Source: Candidatus Aldehydirespiratoraceae bacterium | Lineage (GTDB): Bacteria; Actinomycetota; Acidimicrobiia; Acidimicrobiales; Aldehydirespiratoraceae | Assembly (NCBI GenBank): GCA_965214565.1 | Contig: OZ243951.1 | Location: forward strand, 1,281,017-1,345,016 | Reading direction: 5' to 3' | DNA length: 64,000 bases | In this document: in pieces, positions 9,180 to 18,756 of the stretch | Position numbering within the stretch: the stretch's first letter is position 1 | How the letters are laid out: every line of letters starts with the position of its first letter | Notes under the pieces: generated by a model | Told to the model about the DNA's origin: nothing | Seen by the model: the letters and a program-made list of their open reading frames with translations, nothing else | Databases searched by the model: none | Program-made: the position numbers and the translations under genes

Positions 9180-10580
9180 ATGGCCACTGATCTTGAGATG
9201 TTCGTAGGGGCCGATGGCCGCGAAGAGCAGGTAAGGGAGGTGGAAGCCCGTATCGAAGCCGACAACATCCAGTACTTGTACTGCCAGTTCCTTTCCGTCA
9301 CAGGACGGATCATGGGCAAAGGCATACCGGCTAAGCATTTCGGCATGATCGCCCGGAAAGGCTTCCAACTCGTCTACGGCTCGACAGCAAACCTGTTCAT
9401 CGACCGTCACGGTGACTACATCGGTTACGGGCCCGAGGCCCGCGAGTTGGTCGGCCTCGCCGAACCGGAGACTTTCATGCCTCTGCCGTGGGACAGTCGC
9501 ACGGCACGGGTCTGGTGCACGCTGTTTCGCGGTCGTGAAGAGGAAGTCGACGGCGGCGCCTTCCTGACCTCGGACTGCCGGGGCAACCTCAAGCGCATCC
9601 ACGCCGAGTTCGAGGCCAAGCACGGGCTGCATCTCCGTGCGGGCTGCGAGCCCGAGATGATGTGGCTGCGAGCCGACGAACACGGCAAACCCACCGTCGA
9701 GGGCTTGACCAAGCCCAACTGCTACCACATCGACCAGTTCGCGGAGCTGCAACCGCTGATCCACAGGGTCGTCGAGTACTGCGAGGCGATGGGTCTCGAC
9801 ATGATCCAGGGCGACCACGAGGACGCACCCGGGCAGCTGGAGCTCAACTTCAACTTCGACCGGGCCGAACTCACCGCCGACCGGCTGAGCACCTACCGAC
9901 AGGTGTGCAAGCAGGTGGGCCGGGAGTTGGGCGCGTTTCCGTGCTTCATGCCCAAGCCCTTCATGGGCGTGTCTGCCAACGGATGCCACCACAACATCTC
10001 GCTGTGGGACGCGGACGGAAACAACAAGTTCATGCCCGAGGGGGACAACCCGCAATTGCCGGGCCCGGTCGGCATGAAGGCCATCGGGGGGATCCTCGAG
10101 CATGTCCGTGCGCTCACCTGCTTGACGTCACCGACCGTCAACTCCTACCGCAGGCTGTGGGACACCGGCTTCTGGGCGCCTGTGTTCGCCGACTGGGGAT
10201 TCCAGAACCGCACCACTGCGCTGCGGGTCAGCGCACCGGGGCGCTTCGAATACCGCTCCGTGGACAGTGCGGTCAACCCAGCCCTGTCGTTCGCCGGTCT
10301 GCTGAAGGCCATGGACGATGGTCTGGACCGCAGTCTCGACCCGGGCGAGCCCGAGGAGCGCAACATCTACGAAGCCCTGAAGGAGGGCAAGCAGGTCAAG
10401 AAGATCCCGCTCACCTTGGGCGAGGCGCTCGAGGCGCTCGACAACGACGAGGTCGTCAAGTCGGCGCTTCCCGGCGAGATGTACAAGGTGTTCACGCACT
10501 ACAAGACCGACGAGTGGGAGCGGTTCCTGCACACCGTCTCAGACTGGGATGTTGAGGAGTACCTCGACGTCCTGCCCTGA
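9180..10580 (+). CDS. gmaS: Type III glutamine-synthetase-like enzyme, probable gamma-glutamylmethylamide synthetase
   Basis: 466-aa GS-family ORF directly upstream of mgsABC-type genes. This is the known gene order of the N-methylglutamate pathway. SD 'gggggag'. Confidence 0.7.
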   Translation: MATDLEMFVGADGREEQVREVEARIEADNIQYLYCQFLSVTGRIMGKGIPAKHFGMIARKGFQLVYGSTANLFIDRHGDYIGYGPEARELVGLAEPETFMPLPWDSRTARVWCTLFRGREEEVDGGAFLTSDCRGNLKRIHAEFEAKHGLHLRAGCEPEMMWLRADEHGKPTVEGLTKPNCYHIDQFAELQPLIHRVVEYCEAMGLDMIQGDHEDAPGQLELNFNFDRAELTADRLSTYRQVCKQVGRELGAFPCFMPKPFMGVSANGCHHNISLWDADGNNKFMPEGDNPQLPGPVGMKAIGGILEHVRALTCLTSPTVNSYRRLWDTGFWAPVFADWGFQNRTTALRVSAPGRFEYRSVDSAVNPALSFAGLLKAMDDGLDRSLDPGEPEERNIYEALKEGKQVKKIPLTLGEALEALDNDEVVKSALPGEMYKVFTHYKTDEWERFLHTVSDWDVEEYLDVLP

Positions 10581-10666
10581 TCCGCACTGCTCAACGGGCC
10601 CGCCTGTTGGGCTGCTTCAACGTCAACAACAATTCACAACATCAGAACAATTAGGGAGGTAGCACC

Positions 10667-11596
10667 ATGTGCGGCATCGCAGGAGTGATCCACCGCGACG
10701 GCACGGCCGATATAGGCGCCGAATTGACAGCCATGCTGCAGGCAATGAAGCACCGCGGGCCGGATTCCACCGGCTACGCGGTGTACGGACCGGCCGACGA
10801 TCTTGTCGTTATCCGCTTCGTGCTCGCCGAGCCGAACCGCAGCACCGGTTTCGGCATGGAGGAACGACTGGCTCGCAACCGGATGGAGGTGGAAGCTCGG
10901 CTCGCCAAGATCGGTGCCAAGGTGGCGACAGTCACCAGCGACACCGGATATGCGTTCCGGGCTACGGTCCGCTACAGCGGTGAACTCAAGCCACTGGCCG
11001 ACTACCTCGAAGATGTTCCAGGTTGTGAGGTGCTGTCGCTGGGCAATTCGCTGGAGATCATCAAGGACATGGGAGACGCCGACACCGTGAGTGACCAGTA
11101 CGGCCTGGGCTCGTTTAGGGGGACTCACGGAGTTGGGCATGTGCGCATGGCCACCGAGTCCGAGGTCGACCTGGCAAGTGCACATCCCTACTGGGCCTAC
11201 CCGTTCGCCGATGTGGCAGTGGTCCACAACGGGCAGTTGACCAACTATCACCAATGGCGCCGCCGGCTCGAGCAGGCGGGACATCGGTTCCAGAGCGAGT
11301 GCGACTCCGAGATCATCGCGGTGTATCTCGCTGAGAAGATGTCGGGCGGGTTGTCACTGGAGACGTCCATGAAGGACAGCCTCGACGACCTCGACGGTGT
11401 TTTCACCTACGTCTGTGTCACGGGCAACGAGTTGGGGATCGCCAAAGATGAGATGGCCGCCAAACCGCTGGTGCTGTTCGAGTCTGACGATCTGGTGGCG
11501 GTGGCCACCGAGGAAGTGTCGATCCGGACCCTGGTCAAGCGCGAGGTCGAGACCCGCGACCCGTATGAGCGGGAGGTGTTGGTATGGCAAGTGTAG
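10667..11596 (+). CDS. mgsA: N-methylglutamate synthase subunit A (class II glutamine amidotransferase-like)
   Basis: 309 aa with the N-terminal nucleophile 'MCGIAGV', followed by a GXGXG subunit and an FMN subunit. Confidence 0.75.
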   Translation: MCGIAGVIHRDGTADIGAELTAMLQAMKHRGPDSTGYAVYGPADDLVVIRFVLAEPNRSTGFGMEERLARNRMEVEARLAKIGAKVATVTSDTGYAFRATVRYSGELKPLADYLEDVPGCEVLSLGNSLEIIKDMGDADTVSDQYGLGSFRGTHGVGHVRMATESEVDLASAHPYWAYPFADVAVVHNGQLTNYHQWRRRLEQAGHRFQSECDSEIIAVYLAEKMSGGLSLETSMKDSLDDLDGVFTYVCVTGNELGIAKDEMAAKPLVLFESDDLVAVATEEVSIRTLVKREVETRDPYEREVLVWQV

Positions 11597-12375
11597 GTTC
11601 ACGCAGCGGCGTCTCTTACGACGCTCGGGGCCTTGTCGAACCCCAGGCCGAGATGCCCGACAACATCGAGGTCGACGGCGGCAAGGCGCGCTTCGACGCC
11701 ACCGACCTGACCATCCGCCAGATCAACATGGCCTTTCGGAAACTGATCTACAACGACGGCATAGTCGATGTGACGGTGCTCAACCCGTCCTCCAAGCATT
11801 CGCTTGCGGTTGGGATCTTGAAGCGCTGTCGGATCCATTTTGAGGGAAGCCCCGGCTGGTTCGCCTGCGGCCTGATCGACGGGCCCGAGGTGACGATCAA
11901 CGGTCGGGTCGGCTGGTCGCTCGCAGAGAACATGATGTCGGGCGTGGTCGTGGTCGAGCGCGGCGCAGGCTCGCTCACCGGAGCCGCGATCCGCGGCGGT
12001 GACCTGATCGTGAAGGGCGATGTGGGCGCTCGCACCGGCATCGACCAGAAGGGCGGCACGATCATCGTGATGGGCAACGTCGGGATCAACACCGGGTTCA
12101 TGATGCAGCGCGGCCGTCAGATCATCTGCGGCAACGCCGGCGAGAACCTCGGCGACTCGATGTATGACGGTCAGATCTACGTCGGAGGGAAGGTGAGTTC
12201 CCTGGGAGTCGACTGCGTGCCCGGTGAATGGACAGATGCCGACACCGAGTTGATCGAACGCAAGTTCCGGATCCACGGGCTGGGAGACCCGCCGCCGTTC
12301 GAGAAGTTCGTCTGCGGCAAGCAGCTGCACAACTACGACGCACTCGAACCGTCAGAGCGCAAGCTCGTGATCTGA
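11584..12375 (+). CDS. mgsB: N-methylglutamate synthase subunit B (GXGXG / GltB domain-3-like)
   Basis: 263 aa with repeated beta-helix G-rich motifs ('VVERGAGSLTGAAIRGGDLIVKGDVGARTGIDQKGGTIIVMGNVG'). It overlaps the mgsA stop by 13 nt. Confidence 0.75.
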   Translation: MASVGSRSGVSYDARGLVEPQAEMPDNIEVDGGKARFDATDLTIRQINMAFRKLIYNDGIVDVTVLNPSSKHSLAVGILKRCRIHFEGSPGWFACGLIDGPEVTINGRVGWSLAENMMSGVVVVERGAGSLTGAAIRGGDLIVKGDVGARTGIDQKGGTIIVMGNVGINTGFMMQRGRQIICGNAGENLGDSMYDGQIYVGGKVSSLGVDCVPGEWTDADTELIERKFRIHGLGDPPPFEKFVCGKQLHNYDALEPSERKLVI

Positions 12376-12426
12376 ACCCGGACACAACACCGAGAGAAGA
12401 CAGCGAGAGAACATAAGGAGACGACG

Positions 12427-13821
12427 ATGAGCGAAGTGAACAAGAGTACAGATGTGTTGGGGCAGAGCCGGATATTCACCCGCGAGGTGATCAACGACAT
12501 CCACGTGAAGTCCGAACTGGGCCGTTACCGGATGCGAGGCTTCTCGATCTTCAAGAAGATCCCGCACTGGGACGAGCTGGTGTTCCTGCCGGGAACCCTC
12601 ACCCGATTCGTGATCGAGGGTTACCGCGAGAAGTGCGAGACGAAGACCGTGCTCGGGTCGCGTTTCGCGGCCAAGCCGCTGGAACTCGACATTCCGGTCT
12701 ACATCACCGGCATGAGCTTCGGTGCTCTGTCGCTGGAGGCCAAAATGGCGCTGGCGAAGGGCGCCTCAATGGCCGGGACCGCCACCTGCTCGGGCGAGGG
12801 CGGCATGATCCCGCCCGAACGGGACCTGTCGACCAAGTGGTACTACCAGATCATTCAGAGCCGCTACGGTTTCAACCCTCATCACCTGATGTTGGCCGAC
12901 GCGGTGGAGTTCTTCATCGGCCAGGGATGCAAGGTCGGCCTCGGCGGCCACCTGATGGGCCAGAAAGTCACCGAGCAGGTGGCTGAGATGCGGTCGCTGC
13001 CCGCGGGTATCGATCAGCGTTCACCGGCTCGGCATCCCGACTGGCTCGGTCCCGACGATCTCTCGTTGAAGATCCAGGAGGTACGTGAGGCCACCGACTA
13101 CCAGATCCCGATCCAGCTGAAGCTGGGGTCGGCCCGGGTCTATGACGATGTGCGCATGGCCGCCAAGTGCGGTCCTGACGTGATCTATCTCGACGGCGCC
13201 GAGGGCGGTACCGGTGCCGGGCCGCACCTGGCCACCGAGGAAACCGGAATCCCGTTGATGGCGGCTATCCCGGAGGCTCGTCGAGCGCTCGAGGACGTGG
13301 GCCTCGCCGACGACATCGACCTGGTGGTAGCCGGCGGTATTCGCAACGGCGGCGATGTGGCCAAGTGCCTGGCGCTGGGTGCCGACGCCATCGCTATCGG
13401 CAGCGCGGCCCTGATGGCTCTCAACTGCAACAAGGAGATCCCGGGTGTCACCGACTATGAGGGCACCATCGGTGTACCCGCCGGCGAGTGCTACCACTGC
13501 CATACTGGTCGCTGCCCGGTGGGTGTGGCCACCCAGGATGTGGAGCTACGCAAACGCCTCGACGTCGACGAGGCGGCCCTGCGGGTCTACAACTTCTTGA
13601 TCACCCTCACGATGGAGGTGCAGATGTTGGCCCGGGCCTGCGGAAAGACCGACATTCATTCGCTGGAGCCCGAGGACCTCGCCGCTCTGACCTATGAGGC
13701 GGCGGCCATGGCCAAGGTGCCGTTGGCCGGCACCACCTACATTCCCGGTGTCACCGAGGAGAACACTCTGGCCGAGATACGCGAACTGTTCGACAAGCAC
13801 GTGATCGATGGAGGCAACTGA
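12427..13821 (+). CDS. mgsC: N-methylglutamate synthase subunit C (FMN-binding glutamate-synthase family)
   Basis: 464 aa with GltS FMN-domain motifs 'ITGMSFGALS', 'SGEGG' and 'LDGAEGGTGA'. Confidence 0.8.
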   Translation: MSEVNKSTDVLGQSRIFTREVINDIHVKSELGRYRMRGFSIFKKIPHWDELVFLPGTLTRFVIEGYREKCETKTVLGSRFAAKPLELDIPVYITGMSFGALSLEAKMALAKGASMAGTATCSGEGGMIPPERDLSTKWYYQIIQSRYGFNPHHLMLADAVEFFIGQGCKVGLGGHLMGQKVTEQVAEMRSLPAGIDQRSPARHPDWLGPDDLSLKIQEVREATDYQIPIQLKLGSARVYDDVRMAAKCGPDVIYLDGAEGGTGAGPHLATEETGIPLMAAIPEARRALEDVGLADDIDLVVAGGIRNGGDVAKCLALGADAIAIGSAALMALNCNKEIPGVTDYEGTIGVPAGECYHCHTGRCPVGVATQDVELRKRLDVDEAALRVYNFLITLTMEVQMLARACGKTDIHSLEPEDLAALTYEAAAMAKVPLAGTTYIPGVTEENTLAEIRELFDKHVIDGGN

Positions 13822-14278
13822 GATGGCCGGATCGGCAAGCACGGGCGAGAGCCCATCGGAAGTCCGCACTGTGGCGATCGACGCAGAGGTGTTGGCCGGC
13901 AAGCGTTTCCCCTATCAGGAGGACATAACGCTCGTGGCCGACATCGATCTGCTCGCCAACACGCCCGGGCCCGACATCAACTGGCTCGAAGACATCACCC
14001 TGTTGGAGGAGGACGGCGTGCCGGCGGTGTTCGACCGTTACTCGAACTCGTTCCTGAAGATCTATTTCGACATCCCCGAGGGCCAAGAGGACGACATCGC
14101 CCGCAAGGTTCTGATCAGGCATCTCGTGGACGGGAACTCCTATGGCATCGCCTTGAAGGACATCCACTGCAAGTTCCCGCAGGTTGAACTGGGGCCGTGG
14201 GTGGAGGAGTCGCGCATTGTGGGAGAGAACTGGAAACCGACCGAGCTTGAGGGCTGGTCTGCGCCTCAGGCGCATTGA
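13808..14278 (+). CDS. Hypothetical acidic protein translationally coupled to mgsC
   Basis: 156-aa ORF whose start overlaps the mgsC stop by 14 nt. It is followed by a SoxB-like flavoprotein. I recognise no family. Confidence 0.45.
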   Translation: MEATEMAGSASTGESPSEVRTVAIDAEVLAGKRFPYQEDITLVADIDLLANTPGPDINWLEDITLLEEDGVPAVFDRYSNSFLKIYFDIPEGQEDDIARKVLIRHLVDGNSYGIALKDIHCKFPQVELGPWVEESRIVGENWKPTELEGWSAPQAH

Positions 14279-14314
14279 GGCCCGGGTCAGGCCAGGAACA
14301 AACAAGGAGCAGTA

Positions 14315-15646
14315 GTGAGTCTTCCCCGAAGTTCCCGTTATGTGATCATCGGTGCCGGCATCCACGGTTTGTCGACTGCTTGGAACCTGGCCCGTGATCT
14401 GCGTTCATCGGGCCGCGGCTCCGGCGCCGACGTGATCGTCATCGACAAGGCCGGTGTCGGTGCGGGGGCTTCGGGCATTGCCTGTGGCGTGATCCGCAAC
14501 AACTATTTCCAGCCCGCGATGCGCGAGTTGATGGCGCATTCGGTGGATGTCTGGGAGAGCGATCCGGAGGCATTCTCGTATCATCCGGTGGGGTACTTGC
14601 AGATCAGCCATGAGGCGATGCATGAAGATGTCGCCTCGATTCATGCTCAACAGCAGGCCATCGGTTACGCGTCGACTTTCGTGGAGGGGGCTGAGGATTC
14701 CCGCCGCCACATGTTGGGTATTTTTGACGACTGGCAAGCGCAGGGCATCACCAGCGTTCTTCAGGAGCATCGCGGGGGTTACGCCAACAATATGGCCTCG
14801 CTCAAGGGCCTGTTGGGCAAGGCGGAGGCTGAGGGCGTGGCGGTGGTTGGGGGCGTGTCCGTGATGGGTTTTGAGCGTGACGCCACCGGGGCGGTGACCG
14901 GCGTGGTCACCGATCAGGGAAGCGTGGAGTGTGATCAGGTGGTGGTGGCGGTGGGGCCGTGGGTGCAGAAGATCTGGGCGATGCTCGACCTTCCGGTGGT
15001 CACCGACGTGCTCGGGCCCGACGGTGCGGTGTATCGGCGTCCGACCTGGACCTACATGTGTCTGCAGGAGGGCACGCTGGAGGTCGATCCAGGCTATCTC
15101 GTCGACAATGCCAACAATATGCCGCCGGTGGTGCATATCGATACCGACGCGCCGCTCTATGACGCAGACGGCCTGGTCACCGAGGGGCCGTGGGGTGTGT
15201 ACTACAAGCCCGATTTCAATTTCGGTGGCGTGCAGGGCGGGTATATGCCCTATGTGGTGGACAAGCCCGGCGAGGAGGTGGCGGTCGATCCCTACGGGCC
15301 GGAGTCACCGGATTTCGTGGTGGGTGAGGACTTCTATCGCACCTGGTCTGCGGCGCTGGCTCATTGTCAGAAGCGTTTCGAGGGCAAGGGTCATCTGATG
15401 AGCCGTGAGCCCTCTGGTGGTATCGGCAGTTTCTCGCCGGACAACTTTCCGGTGTTCGACATGTTCTGTGACAACGTGTACTTCATCGCCGATTCGAACC
15501 ACGGCTACAAGATGATCGGTGTGGGCGCGCTTGTGGCCCGGGAGTTGTTGGGTGAGCCTCAGGATCTGCTGGCTCCGTTCTGTTGGTCCCGTTATGCCAC
15601 CGGAGATCTGCATCCAGTGAGCAACTCGCCGTATCCGTGGAGCTGA
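14315..15646 (+). CDS. FAD-dependent oxidoreductase (sarcosine oxidase beta / DAO family)
   Basis: 443 aa with the dinucleotide fold 'YVIIGAGIHGLSTAWNLA'. GTG start with SD 'aaggag'. Confidence 0.75.
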   Translation: MSLPRSSRYVIIGAGIHGLSTAWNLARDLRSSGRGSGADVIVIDKAGVGAGASGIACGVIRNNYFQPAMRELMAHSVDVWESDPEAFSYHPVGYLQISHEAMHEDVASIHAQQQAIGYASTFVEGAEDSRRHMLGIFDDWQAQGITSVLQEHRGGYANNMASLKGLLGKAEAEGVAVVGGVSVMGFERDATGAVTGVVTDQGSVECDQVVVAVGPWVQKIWAMLDLPVVTDVLGPDGAVYRRPTWTYMCLQEGTLEVDPGYLVDNANNMPPVVHIDTDAPLYDADGLVTEGPWGVYYKPDFNFGGVQGGYMPYVVDKPGEEVAVDPYGPESPDFVVGEDFYRTWSAALAHCQKRFEGKGHLMSREPSGGIGSFSPDNFPVFDMFCDNVYFIADSNHGYKMIGVGALVARELLGEPQDLLAPFCWSRYATGDLHPVSNSPYPWS

Positions 15647-15658
15647 GATGGCTTGCAG

Positions 15659-16093
15659 ATGAATGTCACTGGTAGTTGTGCGTGCGGTGCGGTGCGGTTC
15701 ACGTTGAACGGGCCGCTGCGGCCTGTGATCAACTGTCACTGTTCGCGCTGTCGGCATTGGACGGGCCATTTCATGGCCGCCACGAACACACACCGGGACG
15801 ATCTCTCGTTCAAGCGGGGTGTCGACTCGGTGAGGTGGTGGACTCCCGACGAGGAGCCGACCGTGTCCTATGGATTCTGCGCTCTCTGCGGGGGCAGCCT
15901 GTTCTGGCGCTCGAGTGCCAAGCCCGGGAGGTATTCGATAACTGCCGGGGCGCTCGACCCGCCGACTGGTCTTGACACTGTGCATGCCCTGTTCACGGCC
16001 GAGGCGAGCGACTACCACCGCCTCGATTCCGATCTCCCCCACCATCCCTACGATTCTGGTGGCGGCGTCCAATTCGAGGGCGGCTGGACATAG
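15659..16093 (+). CDS. GFA-family (glutathione-dependent formaldehyde-activating / CENP-V-like) protein
   Basis: Cys-rich Zn motifs 'CACGAVRF', 'CHCSRCR' and 'CALCG'. I prefer the ATG at 15659 over the TTG at 15653. Confidence 0.75.
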   Translation: MNVTGSCACGAVRFTLNGPLRPVINCHCSRCRHWTGHFMAATNTHRDDLSFKRGVDSVRWWTPDEEPTVSYGFCALCGGSLFWRSSAKPGRYSITAGALDPPTGLDTVHALFTAEASDYHRLDSDLPHHPYDSGGGVQFEGGWT

Positions 16094-16106
16094 CCGTTCG
16101 GCGGGG

Positions 16107-17294
16107 TCAGGCGCGGGCGCCGGGGCCGTAGGCGCAGAACATGTGCTCGTTCTCGGCGTAGCGGGTGGGGCGCAATTGGTGAGGGTCGAAGGGCGGTTCG
16201 TGGCCGAGGACTATCGCCGCTACGACTTCGCCGATGGCGGGTGACAGTTTCAGTCCGTGGCCTGAGAATCCCAGGGCGAGGCACAGCCCGGCTATCTCGG
16301 GAGTCCAGCCGATGAGGGGGTGGTAGTCGGGGGTGACGTCGTAGGCACCGCTGGTGTGGCTGAGCGGGGTTGCGCCTCTCAGCGCGGGCATGCGGTCGCC
16401 CAGAGCCCGGTCGATTCGTTCCATGTGGTCCTGCTGTTCCGCTTCGTCGCCCAGCAGCAGCGGGTCGTCCACGAGCGGCATCTCCGAGGGGTAGGCGGCG
16501 GCGAGGAAGCGGCGGCCCATGTCGGGCCGCAACACGATGTTGGAGTTCCCGTCGGTGACGCAGGAGTGCATCTGGGGTTGACCTGGTTGGGTTTGCAGCA
16601 TGGTCATTTCGAGCCGACGCCGTTGCACGGGTACGCGAACACCGATCGGGTCGAGGAGTTCGGTCGCCCAGGCTCCGGTTGCTGTCACGACCACACCGGC
16701 GTCTATTTCGCCTGCGGTGGTGGTCACGCCAGTGAGCCGACCGCCGCCGGTTCGCAACGCTGTCACTCTGACACCGCTGATGATCTCTGCGCCGTGCGCC
16801 TGAGCAGCGGTGAGCCAGCTCAGCACCATTTTGGTGACGTCGATGTAGCCGCCGTCCGGCTCGTATGCTCCGCCTGCGAGGTCGTCGGTGATCAACAGGG
16901 GTTCGAGCGCGGCGATCTCGGCGGCGTTCACGAAGCGGGTGTCCACACCGCAGGACTTTCCCAGGTCGATGTTGCGGTGCAGGGCGTCGAGTTGGTCCTC
17001 CACGACCAGCAGCATGTAGCCGAGCTGGACGTATCCGGGGTCGCCGACTCCCACCTCGGTGTTCCAGTTCCGGATCACGTTGAAACCGTGCCGTGCCATC
17101 TGAACGAGCAGTTCGTTGGAGTAGTGCTGACGGATCTGGCCGAATGTTCTTCCGGAGATCCCCCCTACTGGTGGTCGTTCGTCGACCACCACGACCCGGG
17201 CGTCGGATCGGGACGCGAGCTGGTAGGCGATGCTGGCTCCCATGATGCCCGCGCCGACGACAACGATGTCTGCTGTCGCCGGGGGCGGCCTCAT
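16107..17294 (-). CDS. FAD-dependent oxidoreductase (DAO family)
   Basis: 395 aa with 'IVVVGAGIMGASIAYQLA'. It is the last gene of the minus-strand amt-tdm-tmm string. Confidence 0.75.
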   Translation of the reverse strand: MRPPPATADIVVVGAGIMGASIAYQLASRSDARVVVVDERPPVGGISGRTFGQIRQHYSNELLVQMARHGFNVIRNWNTEVGVGDPGYVQLGYMLLVVEDQLDALHRNIDLGKSCGVDTRFVNAAEIAALEPLLITDDLAGGAYEPDGGYIDVTKMVLSWLTAAQAHGAEIISGVRVTALRTGGGRLTGVTTTAGEIDAGVVVTATGAWATELLDPIGVRVPVQRRRLEMTMLQTQPGQPQMHSCVTDGNSNIVLRPDMGRRFLAAAYPSEMPLVDDPLLLGDEAEQQDHMERIDRALGDRMPALRGATPLSHTSGAYDVTPDYHPLIGWTPEIAGLCLALGFSGHGLKLSPAIGEVVAAIVLGHEPPFDPHQLRPTRYAENEHMFCAYGPGARA

Positions 17295-17313
17295 GGGCTT
17301 GGCGGTGAGCCAG

Positions 17314-18660
17314 TCAGGCTTCGGTGGCCAGGAACGATTCGAGCGAGTCGTCCAGGGCCTCGACCCAGTCGGTGTGGTGTGTCGGCGCGACCGTGCCGGT
17401 CATCGGTGAGGTGTGGCCGTTGTCGCGGTAACCGATGATCGACTGTTTCTTGTGCCCCTTCCAGTCTTTGAACATCTGGGAGACCAGCGGTGTGTTGAAG
17501 TCCGGGTAGTCGCTCTGTTCAAGCAGGTCCTGGGTGTAGGCGCCCTGGTAGTCGATGAGGCCGTAGTCGTCCTCGACGGCGTCCTCGATCGCTTGTTCCT
17601 CGGCGATGCTGCGGGCCTGCTCGTCGGCCGACGGCAGTTCGATACGTCCGAGGATGACGTCGCGGGCGTACCAGGCCTGCACGTCGAACATGTTGAACGT
17701 GTACCACTGGTCCTGCATGCCCAAATACATCACCCCGTTGTCGGGCTGGAAGACCACACCGCGGTAGAGCATCGAGGAGGCCAACCGGTTGGTGGTGGCT
17801 AGGCGCAGGTTGTCGTCCATGTACGGGAAGTGGTGCAGATATCCGGTGCAGGAGATGATGGCGTCGATCTCCGTTGAGGTGCCGTCGACGAAATGCACGG
17901 TGCGGCTGTCGACGTGGCTGAGGATCGGCTTCTCGGTGATGCCGTCGGGCCAGTTGAAACCCATGGGTCCGCTGCGTGATGAGCATACGACTGAGCGTGC
18001 GCCGTACTTCCAGCACTGCGAGGCGATGTCCTCTGCTGAGTAGCTCGATCCGATGATCATCACGTTCTGGCCGGCGAACTGCACTGCGTCGCGGAAGTCG
18101 TGGGCGTGCAGGAGTGTGCCGCCGAAGGTGTCGTAGCCGGGGTATTGCGGCATGTTGGGCGTGGAGAAGTGCCCGCTGGCCACCACCACGTAGTCGAACT
18201 CCTCGGTGTTGGTCGTGTCGCTCTCGTGGTCGTGTGCCCGCACGACGAACCGGCCCGTCTCAGGTGAGCGGCTCACGCTGCGCACTGCCTGGTTGAAACG
18301 GATGTACTTGCGGATTCCGCTGCGCGTGGCGCGGCCGACGATGTAGTCGTAGAGGACTTCTCGTGGCGGGAACGAGCCGATAGGCCTGCCGAAGTGCTCT
18401 TCGAAGGTGTAGTCGGCAAATTCCAGGCATTCCTTGGGGCCGTTGGACCACAGGTAGCGGTACATGCTCCCGTGGCACGGCTCGCCGTGTTCGTCGAGGC
18501 CGGTACGCCAGGTGTAGTTCCAGAGACCTCCCCAGTCGTCTTGTTTCTCGTAGCAGACCAGGTCGGGCATTTCTGCTCCGTCGGTTGCCTTGTCGCTCGC
18601 GAAGGCGTGTAGTTGTGCGAGCCCGCATGGTCCAGCACCAATGATGGCGACGCGTGTCAT
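17314..18660 (-). CDS. tmm: Flavin-containing monooxygenase, probable trimethylamine monooxygenase
   Basis: 448 aa with FAD 'GAGPCG', the FMO motif 'FGGTLLHAHDF' (FxGxxxHxxxF) and NADPH 'GSSYSAED'. It lies adjacent to a Tdm-type gene. Confidence 0.8.
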   Translation of the reverse strand: MTRVAIIGAGPCGLAQLHAFASDKATDGAEMPDLVCYEKQDDWGGLWNYTWRTGLDEHGEPCHGSMYRYLWSNGPKECLEFADYTFEEHFGRPIGSFPPREVLYDYIVGRATRSGIRKYIRFNQAVRSVSRSPETGRFVVRAHDHESDTTNTEEFDYVVVASGHFSTPNMPQYPGYDTFGGTLLHAHDFRDAVQFAGQNVMIIGSSYSAEDIASQCWKYGARSVVCSSRSGPMGFNWPDGITEKPILSHVDSRTVHFVDGTSTEIDAIISCTGYLHHFPYMDDNLRLATTNRLASSMLYRGVVFQPDNGVMYLGMQDQWYTFNMFDVQAWYARDVILGRIELPSADEQARSIAEEQAIEDAVEDDYGLIDYQGAYTQDLLEQSDYPDFNTPLVSQMFKDWKGHKKQSIIGYRDNGHTSPMTGTVAPTHHTDWVEALDDSLESFLATEA

Positions 18661-18756
18661 GGTCCAAATCCCCCCTGTGATTGGTTGTACCTCTAACGAG
18701 AGGAAACTTAGCGCACTCTGAGCTCTGTTGTCGTCCCCAAGATGCTTAGTGCTGAG

